Positions 50,937-62,600 of a stretch of DNA of 64,000 nt are shown one piece after another. The notes beneath the pieces were generated by a model. The model saw only the letters and a program-made list of their open reading frames with translations, had not been told where the DNA came from and ran no database searches. Source of the stretch: Hydrolagus colliei (taxonomy: Eukaryota). The stretch's first letter is position 1; each line of letters opens with the position of its first letter. The stretch spans positions 59,024,001 to 59,088,000 of the forward strand of contig CM068743.1 in assembly GCA_035084275.1 (NCBI GenBank), given 5' to 3'. The translations under genes and the position numbers were made by a program.

Positions 50937-53087
50937 TGAAAAGAGCTATAGCAAATGCAAGGATTATTATTATCATTATAATGCACTTACGTACACACTT
51001 CATACAGTGACTTCTTTTTGCACAGGAAAGCTTATGATTTATTGGTTTGTTAGCTTTTTATATTCTCTTCAATGAGCAGGAGCCTTTATTCATTAGCTGC
51101 CTTTAAACAAACACAAACAGAAACCAAACAAGAGCCTTAAGCATAAATCTAATAATCTGGGTGTACTTTGCAAACAACAGGAGCTATTGTACACAGGCTG
51201 CTAAATCCTGAGCATGTGCAGAATTGTAGCGATGAAAGCACATTATCAAAACACCTTGCTCATTAGCAATAGAGAATTCCAGATTTTCAGTACTGCACTG
51301 GAGTAGGGTTTGTCATCCTTCGGATGAGATGTTAAACCAATTTGCCTGTTAAGATGGATGTTTAGATAGTGTTTAGATATGAATGCCTCAAGATGCGATG
51401 CTGAGTTTATTACAGTGCTTCACACAGTATAAGTAATGTTGTTGCCAGATCACCTATAGTGGTACAAAACAGGTTAGTCAATATTATTTTGCAAAAGGCA
51501 GTTGAGCATGTTAATGGTTTGTTGAATGGCCCTTTGAGTATCATCCTCTAAGCAAAATTTCAAACAGAAATGTGAAGGTTGGTAGCACACTCCAATTCAG
51601 TTGGGTGACGCAGTGATCTATCAAGTATCGACCACTAAACTGGTGAGCTTTCTGTTATGTCTACATAATGGGATTCCCACTGTAAAAATGCAACAAAAAT
51701 CTATGTCCAATAGATGTCCTCGACTTTCAATTTGGACAAACTTAACAGTGAACTGAAGCAGGTGCTGAACTGTGTTCTGTGCCCAGTGATGTGAGGTCAC
51801 ACAGAGGTTGGTTGCACAGGTGCACAGTAAATCAGCATTTCACTGCAAGCTGGTAATGGGATCAGCGTGAAAACACATTTTGTGCTTTCGATCCTGAAAA
51901 CTTTCTGCCGTATTGTTCTTTCATGTTCAAGCTTGTTTTGGTTGGTAACAGACACAGAGCTAATATTTAAAGCTGCAATATAATTGATGTCACCGTTATA
52001 TTGAAATCATTTCCAATAGCAGTAAGCTGTAATGGCGCAGAATGATATACTACTTATAGTTTGTTTAGTTACTAGTGCTGTAGTACACTGCTAGTGTTCA
52101 CTCGTGGGCAGTTGACAATTATTGGGATATCACCAGGGGAAGATAGTCCCTGGTTTCCATTATTATGTAGGTAAAGAAAACAAAACATCATTATTAAAAG
52201 ACAAAGAGCCTTGATGTACTCTACACGTCTGCTTCTCCAGCTCCTGCTGATGAGCCATGTAAATTTGAGTAACATCTGAATCTATGAAAGATCAGCTGCA
52301 ATAGAAATGAGACTTCAGTAACAGTAGAGGAGACCTATTTGCTTAGTTTGAGAGATATTGTATTGTTTTGAGGGACTGTCATTTATTTGGAGGGTCTCCT
52401 ATGGAAAGCAAGATGTTATAAAATTGGATTAAACACAGTCAGCCACTGTGCTTGCTACACCTTCCACTTTACACGGAGTTGGCATCCTTGACGAGTTCTA
52501 AATGTGAATATCACCTATAAGAAAGCCTGAGAAATAGACAGGATACAGAGAATACCATAGTTCAGAATGAATTATTTATTTGAAAAGCTCAGTTGCATCC
52601 ATCACCTAATTGTTTGATGTCACTACACAATTGTGTTGCTATGACACAGAGATGGTGATTGTGATTGTGGGCAGATCTGGCCTTTGAAAAGACAATAAAT
52701 TGGTGCTAGTAAGACACTTATAATTGCATTTGACAGAATCATTTTTATATGTTGTGACTAAAAGATTGATTGTAAACCTGTGGGTGACTCAGGTGTAAAT
52801 AGAGATTATATTTATGAGAGCAGTGAAATATGTTTTTTGTATTTTCTGAGTATGAATTATGCTAAGTTTTTGTGAGTGGGAACATAAATGATTTTCAGGG
52901 AGCATGATAGTGTCATGTAAGGGGAGACTTGAGGTTATCAAGTACTCCATGGGACCCATTGGTACCTGTGCTGCAGGGATGTGCAGGACGTTAGACCAGA
53001 TTTAAATGGTTAGTTGTGGACAGCTTTAGATTGTGCTTTATACTTGGCAACACAAACTTCTCATGCTGATAATGTAACAGGGTGTAT

Positions 53088-53520
53088 TAATAATAATAAT
53101 AATATTTGCATTTAATACAACGCTTTTCACATCTTATCGACGTCTCAAAGCACTTCACAGAATATACTAGAAAGTGAATTGACGGTATATTTGTGGGTGT
53201 AATGCAGGTTCAATAGATATGTTACATTTTTGGAGGTGCCGTACTTCGGATGAGAATTTAAACGGAGTATACTTGTCTAATGGAATTTAAAGATCCCGTG
53301 ACATTATTCAAGAACAGAAGGAAGTTTCTCCTGGTGTCCTGGCCAACAATGCCCGAAACAATAAATAATCATTCACTTCATGGCTGTTAGTGGGAATTGT
53401 GCAAAAGTGCGAATGGCTGTTGTATTCACCTACAAAAAATACACTTTACAGTAAAATGCTGTGAAGCAGTTTGAGATGTACGCTTGGCATGGAGGGCACT
53501 ATATCAAATGCAAGCACTTT
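53088..53520. mobile_element. DeuSINE tail (minus, 53088-53205) next to an older DeuSINE (plus, 53225-53520)
   Basis: (AAT)n-GCATTT...GACGTCTCAAAGCACTTCACAG; then GGATGAGA...AAAGATCCCGTGACA...GTGTCCTGGCCAACAAT. Confidence 0.75.
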
Positions 53521-54195
53521 AAAATTGTTTTTTTTAATAATAAATGCATAATAAATAACCAGTGAAAGGATCGGTTCTAAATTACATAATTAATACATAT
53601 TCAACGTCGTTTTTTCCACACATATACCATTAAGTTGCACTAGTAAGTTGTTGTTTTATTATAGTAATTTGCTTGGAAAGCAGACAATGTCATTATGACA
53701 AATATTTACACAAGCCCCTTAATAAGCAATTGTCTTAATGCAAATATATTAGGTGGATATTTCCATGGTTTATGAAGGAAATGAGTTAGAGAATACATGA
53801 TTTGCCATGTCAATGTTTATAAGCAACACCAGGGCAACTTTGAAATTTATTTCCTTTAGTTCATTTTATGTTTGAAGCAAACATATTAAGTAGATTAATG
53901 CTAAACATTTACCATCTATGCCATTGTCGACATGAAGTCTGGCACACTTATATTAGAAAATTGCTTAGATCCCTAACAGTATTAAAATTTTATTACCACT
54001 TTGTCGACAACCTACTCTTAAATTAGTATATTTTACTTTTACAACTTTTCGGAAATACGTTAACAAAATGTGTGTAGTAAGGTACCAAAAATATATGTAT
54101 AAAAATGAATTTTAATTAAATGTATGAGTTTTAGAAAAAAAATCTGCGAGAATACATCAAATACAAGCGACAGAAATGTTAATCACAGAATATCT

Positions 54196-54510
54196 GTGAA
54201 GTTCTGTAGCTCAGTGATTAGAGCACTCGCCTTACAAGTGTGAGACTTGTGTTCGAATCCAGGCAGGTCAGGACGAAACCTTGGGCAAGTTCCCTTACTC
54301 CACCCCCCTAATAATAATCCCTCCCCCCAAAAAAACACAATAATAAAATTGGTCATTTCAATCCATGATTGTTTGTGGGGACATTGCTGTGCACAACTGG
54401 CTGCCGTGTTTTGCCCACAAATATATAGTCAATTCACTTTACAGTATATTCTGTGAAGCACTTTGAGACGTCTGTCGAGAAAAGCGCTATATCAAATGCA
54501 AGGATTATTA
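54196..54510 (+). mobile_element. Full-length tRNA-derived DeuSINE
   Basis: A box TAGCTCAGTGA, B box GTTCGAATCC, Deu core and (ATT)n tail; TATCT on both flanks as a likely TSD. Confidence 0.94.
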
Positions 54511-54826
54511 TTATCTATTTTCCACTTGGGACCACATATGTCAACAACATTCGTCTGGCCGCCGACAAGTGGCTCAGACTATAATAAATGAATTAATTTC
54601 CATGAAAATTAACTATGCAAATTGCTCTTTTTATGTGTATTTTATGTTTCGTAGACTTTCATTTCTTGAAGTCTCTGCAACATATGTGTTACAGTAGCTG
54701 CCAATGGGCTAAAAGGCCAATGTTATTTGGCTTCTAATGTGTTCCTACAACCCTGAGGAGCAATACATGTTATTTACTTGTCCTTGCTTTTTTATATTGA
54801 GAATCATGACTGAAATACAGTATCAA

Positions 54827-55175
54827 AAACAACAACAAAATTACATTTGTATAGTGCCTTTCATGTCAGGAGGATGTCCCAAGGTGCTGGACAGTCACTG
54901 CTACAGACCCGAGCCGAGGATGGGTGTGGGGGTGGAAGGAGTTGCCGATGGGACCATCGAAGAGGAGAGTCTTGAGGTGAGACTTGAAGGAGGCCAGAGA
55001 GGGGGCGAGGCGGAGGAACTTTGGGATGGAGTTCCAAAGGTTCAGGGAAGGCTTCAGGGAAGGCTTGCCCGCTAATGGTTGACTGAAGGCTTGCCCGCTA
55101 ATGGTTGGGCAGGTTGGTTGGGGACGTGGAGCATGCCAGAGCCTGCTGAACAGAGAGATGCAAGAAGGCACTGGC
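54827..55175 (-). mobile_element. L2 3' end
   Basis: LWNSIPKFLRLAPSLASFKSHLKTLLFDG plus tail; internal tandem duplication of GAAGGCTTGCCCGCTAATGGTTG at about 55059-55108. Confidence 0.9.
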
Positions 55176-55289
55176 GCGAGCCAATCAAAATCCATATAGA
55201 CAGACAGTGGTTGTCCATGTACACCCATGGACGAATGGCCTGTTTATTCCATACTGTAGCTTTCTCAGTATGTTTATTCCCCTCTGCTT

Positions 55290-55595
55290 AGCAGGCTCCA
55301 GCTTGCTCCCCGTCCCCCGCCCCAGCATCGGCGGACGAGCCTTCAGCCACTCTTCCTCCAACCTCTAGAACTCCATCCCGCCGTCCCTCCCCCCCCACCC
55401 CCCTCCCTGGCCTCCTTCAAGTCCCGCCTCAAGACCCTCCTCTTTGATGGTCCCATCAGTCACCTCAAATCCCCCCCATTTCCCTCTACCCTCTCCATCC
55501 CCACCCCAGCTTGGGTCTGAAACAATGACTGTGCAGCACCTTGGTACGTCCTCCTGATGTGAAAGGCACTATACAAGTGTGATTTTTTATGTTGT
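55290..55595 (+). mobile_element. L2 3' end, same subfamily as 54827-55175
   Basis: GGCGGACGAGCCTTCAGC...CTTCAAGTCCCGCCTCAAGACCCTCCTCTTTGATGGTCCCATC...GTGAAAGGCACTATAC. Confidence 0.9.
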
Positions 55596-56984
55596 TTCTA
55601 TGTAATTTGCTGCAATATGTAGAGATAATATTTCAGTCTTCTTACTCTTGGTAGGGACTTTATTTGGTCCACATGACTCACAGGATGAACGCTTAGCCGA
55701 AAGGTTTCAAAGCTGAGCATCCATTTCATGAGTCATGTACACAGCTGAGAACTTTTTCTGGGAAGGAAATAATTTGAATAGGAGCAAATCAATTTATTTT
55801 GAAATAAACAATATGAGTTTGGCAAGAGGAGAAGTGATGGCTATGAACCTTTGAAAAACAGGAGACAAAGTTTGGAGCAGTAATGACCAGAGAAATTTTG
55901 CTGAAGCAGAGGGATACCATGTGGGGAATTGTGCACATGGTATCTCTGCTTCAGCAAAATTTCTCTGGTCAATTTCTCAGGCATCAACATACATCATCAT
56001 TGGCTGCCTCTGCATACCAGACCACAAAACTGGACCACCAGTTATACTTTCAAAGAAATCTGTGCTGTTGCGGAGAAGAAATGGCTAACCACTACCCCAA
56101 CTGACATCACTACAGAGACCCATAAATGTGATAAGGCACATATATGAAAATATAAAGGCTATTATCCAAGTATCTGTATATTTATCAGCGAAGAAACTAT
56201 ACTTAAATGCTATCTGAAATGTTAGGGCTCTATTGGCTGTGGGGAATTGGAACTTGCCAGGGTGTAGACTACAGGTAAGTGCTTTAACAACAAGATAGCA
56301 TTCAATACAAACAAATTCATGAGTATTCTTTAACTCAGTTATTATGTCATTTAGCACAAGTTCAAGTTAAAGAATACCACAACGTTTATCCCTGCATTTC
56401 AGCTGACTCCTTATCAACTGATTTGTTATAGAGTTTCTATTCTGTCAAACACAGACAACTAATTTTAGAACTGTAGAAAAACAACCTCAATGAAAAAAGT
56501 GAATTCATGAATTGAAGAAATTCTGGATGTTATGAAATGCTACAATTGAGTAAATTAGACCCAGTCGGAATTTGTTCCTCATATTCCTTTTGAATTTGTG
56601 TTTAATTTTACTCGTCACATTGGTTATATAACATTTCTGCCTAATTTTATTAATCTCAAATTTTATTGACTTGCTTTAGAACTCTTGTAAATGTGAATGG
56701 GAGAACCTCAATTATAGTGGTATAGTATCTATTTAAAAAAAACTTGGTCAATCAATCCATTGGGATACTGCATTTCGCCCTTAAAATATAGTCAAGTCAC
56801 TGTACAGTATATTCTGTGAAGCTCTTTGAGACGTCTCAAAGATATGATAAGGCATTATATCAAATGCAAGGATTATTATTTATCTATTATCTCTTGCGTC
56901 TGCATCCCTACCCCATTCTAAAAAAAATCATTTAAATAAATGCATCAACAATTTTTATGTGATTTGAATGTCTTTCAGCTCTTC

Positions 56985-57690
56985 ACGGAGATTAGACAAA
57001 TATGATTTTAGGGCTCTTCAGGTTTCAGAGAAGAACACTTAGACAGGAAGTCATAGAGGAGTGCAACATTTTAAATGTGATTGAAGAAGTAAACCCAGAT
57101 AAACCAAGAGTGTAGAACAAGAGGACATATATTTAGAGTCCTTACATTTTCCTCAATGCTTTATGGAGTTTTGTGGAGTCCTGTAGTTCAGTGGATAGAG
57201 CACTTGCCTTACAAGCGTGAGACCTTTGTTCAAATCCAGGCAGGTCAGGGTGAAACCTTGAGCAAGTTTCCTTACTCTACACGTTTAATAATAATCCCTC
57301 AAAAAAAACAATAATTTCTATCCATGACTGTTTGTGAGACACTGCTGTACGCAATTGGCTGCCACGTTTTGCGGACAAATATACAGACAATTCACTTTAC
57401 AGTACATTTTGTGAAGCGCTTTGAGACGTCTAGAAGATGTGAAAAGCGCTATGTTAAATTCAAGGATTATTATTATATATCAACAATAAAGGGAAATTTT
57501 AGGACAGACACCAGGAAGTTTTTCTTTACCCAGCAATTAACAACTGAAACATGTTGACAGGAAGGATGGTTGAGGCTAGGACGCTGGACTTGTTTAAAAA
57601 ACAGCTCACCCTTAGTAAGAGTAGGTGTTCTGGAAGGATGAAATCTAATAGGCCTTCTGGATTTATGTAATGCCTTTTGAGCAGAATAGT
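56985..57690 (+). mobile_element. Old CR1 3' region split by a SINE
   Basis: AGAACAAGAGGACAT...TTTAGAGT breaks at about 57139 and resumes as AAGGGAAATTTTAGGACAGAC...TTCTTTACCCAG...GGTTGAGGC after 57480. Confidence 0.65.
57173..57477 (+). mobile_element. Full-length tRNA-derived DeuSINE
   Basis: GTGGAGTCCTGTAGTTCAGTGGATAGAGCAC...GTTCAAATCCAGG...CAAGGATTATTATTAT. Confidence 0.93.
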
Positions 57691-59624
57691 GGCTTGTAGT
57701 GCTGAGTTTTAATTCTGCTGAACAATGCTCTCTGAGCAATATGGAGCATTGAGGAAAATGTAAGGCTTTTGAATAAAGGCACAGTCAAAGAAAGAGATTT
57801 TCAACAGAATTCTGAAAGTAGGGTTAAAAGAACATTTTTGTATGTGTTAATAAGTGAGGTCCGACTTCCAGTTGCAAGAGTAGATCTCCAGATTATTAAA
57901 GTAAAATAGACACTCTTCCAATATTACTTGCAGATCAATGCCTTTAGAGAGGATGCCTCCAAGAGGATTAGGTGTCACCTCTTCATGTTCAGTTTTGAAG
58001 CTGGGATAACCAATATTAACCTTTTGTGGCATTCTCCCATACCCAAAAATATGATCCCAGCTTTAGCAACTTCAGGTATTACAGTGCCCTTAAACAGCAC
58101 CACTGATTACACTTTAGTTCCAGTAATGAACTGGTTAATTTCTCCTGTCCTTTAATTGCTGCCAAGAGTAGTGGAAATGTTCTGCTGACTTCCAGGATGT
58201 TAGCTTGAACTCAGAGTTAAGTGCTAATAAATGGCAGACGCTCTGGAGCAAAGTGCTGGAAATAATGAAGCAATCACTTCATTTTTAATTCCCTTGCATT
58301 CTGTGCGTTCAACCTTCTCTCTCCCAGGAGTGCTTCAAAGCTTTCATTCCTCCTTTTATAGTTCTTGGAATAGAAATTGTCCGGAAGTCATTGTTTTGCT
58401 CTCTCCACTCTCTGGTGTTCTTCTCCTCATGTGTTTGGCCCTTCACAACTGTGTGATATGCTTTTCCCTTTCTGGGCTGCTGCTTGGATCTGCCGAATCT
58501 CAAACAAAAAAGTATTGAACGAAAAGAGGGTGTTGAACAGAGGTGGCCCAGTTCTGCATATTGGGCAAAAAGTGATACAAGTGATTTAAGTTTGGGGGTT
58601 CATGTTCATGGATATCATTTGCAACGTGTTCCCCCATTTTAGCCCTCTCAACAAATTATAACTATAAGTACTGAAAAAGAGCCATGCTATTTCTCTTATG
58701 TGGGAGGCAAAACAGAGGGAAAACCACGATAAGTGGCTCCTATGCACCTCCCGGTGGTCAGCAACACAAATAGCACCGGCAGAATCAAGGAGCAGATCAG
58801 AGTATCATGTGCTGGTGTGGAAAAAAAAGCTGAAAAAAAATTCCCTCTGCAATTTTCTCCCCTCTGGTGAAAGTTGCTGACTCTTGCTGGGTTATGGTTT
58901 CACAGTTGTTGGGTTCCTTGCCAAAATGGCTATATTTCATATATGAGCTTGGGCAGTGAGTGATTGTTGGCAGCCTGTTCATTGGTTATATTGGTGAGAT
59001 CACAACCAAGCTCATTCTTGTAATAATAACCCTAGTCATAATCCTTGCATTTGATATAATCAGGAGGATGTCGGAAAGGGTTTTACAGGATTTGCTATGA
59101 AGTGCAGTGGCTGTATTTTGCAGGTAAACACAACAGACAATTTGTGCAAGGCAATGTCCCACAGATAGCCATGGAGTGAATACCCAACCAATAAGCACAC
59201 ATACACTTTGCAGTAGGAATCAATGGTTGCCTAAGAGAAAAACAAATCATATCTCCTTTTATTTCACTCCTGGAGCAATGAGACCTACTATCATCCTAAC
59301 TGAAATCAGCTAACTCAACAGATAAAAGAGTAATTTAAGAACAGTAACTTTCCCTGACTATATGGCTATGTTTCAAACTTGCCAGTAACTCTACCCAATG
59401 AGCACTCAAGAGAACTTGCATTACAGATTTTCTAATACATGCTGTACCAGCATTGTATCAGTGCCTTGGGACATCTTCCTGATGTGAAAGGTGATATACA
59501 AATACAATTATTTGTTGGTGATGTTGTGACATTGCTAAATTCTTTCAAAAATTGAAGGCATCGAAGAATGGAAACCGGCAGGTTTTTTTTATTGATGTCC
59601 TTCTGAAAGAGAATACATTGAAAT

Positions 59625-59990
59625 TTTTTATTTATGCACAGAAGGAGGCCATTCAACCCATTGTATCTGTTTTAGCTCTTTTAAGAGCAATCCTTTAAAT
59701 CTGTTTACCTACAGTTTCTCCATAGCCTTGTAGCTTACTTCCTTTTTTGTCTAGTCTCTTTTTGAAAATTAACAAGGATTCTGCCTCAATCACTGCTCCC
59801 GGCAGGCTATTCCATATCCTAACTATTCTGTGCATGAAAAAAATTCTCCTAACCTCCCCATTTGCTCGTTTACCATGTGAAATTGATGTATTCTCACCAA
59901 TGGGAATAATTTCTCCCTATTGACTCTGTCAAAACCCCTCATAATTTTAAAGACTCCTACAACCTTTTGTGTTGCAACAGAAAAAGTGAT
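59625..59990 (-). mobile_element. CR1 3' end
   Basis: GCACAGAAGGAGGCCATTC...AAAAAATTCTCCTAACC...TGTCAAAACCCCTCAT; colinear with 9080-9460. Confidence 0.82.
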
Positions 59991-60679
59991 GGCTCCTCCA
60001 GGATCTCCTCAAAATAGGCACCAATGAAAGGTGATGAGATGCTTCCAGTGAAGATGTACTGTGTCCTTAAGACATTACTTAAGAATGAACCAGGCAGGGG
60101 ATGACAAAGGGATGTGGCATTCCAAAAAGTATACTCTTGCAGTTCTGGGAACATTCTTCCTTTATAGTTTTGAGCAGTACAAGATAGGAGTTTGTGCTTT
60201 TATTGCCAGCGGTTATTCTTGGATTTCCTTCCGTGGCCCCATGTTGACTATCTGTCTGCCAATGGAAAAAAAAATGTTAAAAAAGATTTTCCGAACTCTG
60301 ACTTTTGGACAACTTTAAGGGAATTTCAGAGTGAATTCATGGTTATTTCAAACTTGACATAAGGAATTGGCAATTTTTAACTGATATGATTTCTATCCTG
60401 GAAAAGTGAGTCAGACATTGTTATCATTTTAGCTCTGCGAGGTGCTGCCTGCTGTTTACTCCATCCAAAAGAAACAATCTAATGGAACATGCTGATGGCC
60501 CAGTGTTGTATGAATTACTACTGTCTTGCTCTGCAGAGTGACGGGAGATGAGTAATAAGCCAAATGGAGATATGTGGAGAACCATGGATTAGAGTTTGCC
60601 AAAACTCTGGTTCTTAAGGGAGAAAGAATAAAAATTTAACACATTTGTTTCCAATTTACATAAGCTTTACTAATAATGA

Positions 60680-60998
60680 AGACATTTCTTTACATAGAGA
60701 GTAGTTTAGAACAAATATTTTAATGCAGAGAGTAGTTTAGAAGAATTTTTTTTACGCAGAGAGTAGTGGGAATGTGGAACTTACTAACACAAGTTGTTCA
60801 GGCAAATAGCATAGATGTGTTTAAGGGGATGCTAGATAGGTATATAAGGAAGAAAGGAATAGAAGGTTATGCATGTCGGCTTAGCTGAGAGAGATTAGGA
60901 GGAGGCTCATGTGGAGCATAAACGCCAGCATAGACCAGTTGGGCCGAAAGGCCTGTTTCTGTGCTATATATTCTGATGTATTCTAATGTATTCTAACA
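60680..60998 (+). mobile_element. CR1 3' end with a triplicated 5' junction
   Basis: AGAGAGTAGT three times, then GTGGAAC...GGAGGCTCATGTGGAGCATAAAC...GGCCTGTTTCTGTGCT and a TATTCT-type tail. Confidence 0.85.
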
Positions 60999-61918
60999 TT
61001 TAGGGGACTGTAGTGACTGTGAAGTGCTCAATCATGATGCTGTGGTCCTCAGCATATCTCTCGGATATGAGTGATTCAATGATGTCTCATACTGCAATTT
61101 TACCAATGTTACAAAACATTACAAGCGATGACAACAGTTGTGGTATAAGTAGAGTTATACTGTACAGCAGTTGATTTGAGCCTTATGACAGTGAAAACTA
61201 TATGTGATATGTTAATTATCACATTGTTTTAAGATTTGTAGAAAATAACTGCTGTTTGCAGCCTGGGATGTATAATTCTATACAGTGCAGCTGACCGCTA
61301 AAAGTTTCTGTTCGGTTCAGCTATAGGGTTGTGGCATTTATTGATGACAAATCTGCTTCCAAATTACTAACTGCATTTAATTCCATTGTGTTAGTAAGTT
61401 AAGTGACCCCTCTGACAGCAGGCAGTTTGATGCATTTCAGGTTGAAATGAAAGGAAAGCTTGCTTTATCTAAATCATACACCATCATCTTCATGCTGAAA
61501 GCACATATGAGACTAATAATTTTTCATCTTGAATTGTATGCTTATCAAGATGGGGAATCAGAAGCAAGGTTCCAACAAAGAATAGCCCATTCTTCAAGAA
61601 TATTCTTTCATCCATTTTCCCTTGATAATCTTTAACCTTTTCTTAAATGTGTTCTGTGGGCTGTCCTCCTTGGTCACCTATTCTCACTTTGGAGTACTTT
61701 TTGTAGATAGAGGTGTAAATCACATTCAAATCTGTTTCTATCATCTCTGGGGTTGAATTTCTATTCATTATTGTACTGAAGTAAAACTTACCAAGGTAAA
61801 ATAAGATCAGCGGTAAATTTTGAGGAGCAAAATAAATAAAACAGTGTTACTCCAAAGCCCTTTGTATGGTGGTGGGTGGGGGTAGAATTGCCACTGTAAA
61901 AAACATTGATTAGAAGTT

Positions 61919-62088
61919 TAGTCAACGTTTCGGGTCCATGACCCTTCGTCAGATTCTGAATTCTGTTCTGGTCTCAAAATGTTGACTCATTTTCCTTTCT
62001 CCATATATGCTGCTTGACCTGCTGAGCATTCCCAGCGATTTCTGTTTTTGTTTCAGACTTCCAGCATTTGCAGTATTTTGCATTTTGT
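61919..62088. mobile_element. Penelope-like inverted terminal-repeat pair
   Basis: Minus-strand hammerhead core at 61919-61953 abuts a plus-oriented copy (ATGTTGACTC...GACCTGCTGAGCATTCCCAGCGATTTCTG...TTCCAGCATTTGCAG). Confidence 0.72.
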
Positions 62089-62600
62089 TAATTAGATCTG
62101 ATTAGCTGCTTAGTAACAGCTGACCATTAGTTTTCTCTCTGATTTTCGTACTTAAACACCTTGAAAATCGGCATTAATTTCTAGCCTCTCTTTAAGCAAT
62201 ACGAGAATACAATTGTGAATAGCTTCATTCGAGATCAAATACTCTGTTGCTCCTCATATACTGTATATCAATTCATCTGTCTTCAACTGTTGGAAATATG
62301 AAGATACAAGCTCATGTCCTATCTGTTCTTGTGTTCTAGTTCTTGTGCTTTGAGGAACAAGTAAGCCTCCCACGTGTACATTAAAGGCAGTAACATACTG
62401 AATGGCTCGAGGAATTTTTCATACAGTTGTTGTATTGATAGGAAATAATATGAAAGCAACCTTAATTTTGGAGGTTTGTAAAAAAAATAGAAGTTCTGGA
62501 GACCTTTGCTGTGATTGTTGGCTTGTGGAATTTAAATACCGGAAAGTAAGGAAGTTCTGCTACACTCTTATATCATTGGTTTGGCCTAAGATGGAGTATT

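Noticed and set aside
54196-54270. tRNA gene (A and B boxes, CTTACAA loop), also at 23820-23896, 24202, 29406, 40390-40460 and 57173
   Set aside because: No acceptor stem or T-run terminator; always followed by the SINE body and tail, so these are SINE heads.
57140-57765. DNA transposon bounded by 21-bp TIRs
   Set aside because: No TSD or recognisable TIR motif, and the host CR1 continues across the left repeat; a templated insertion fits better.
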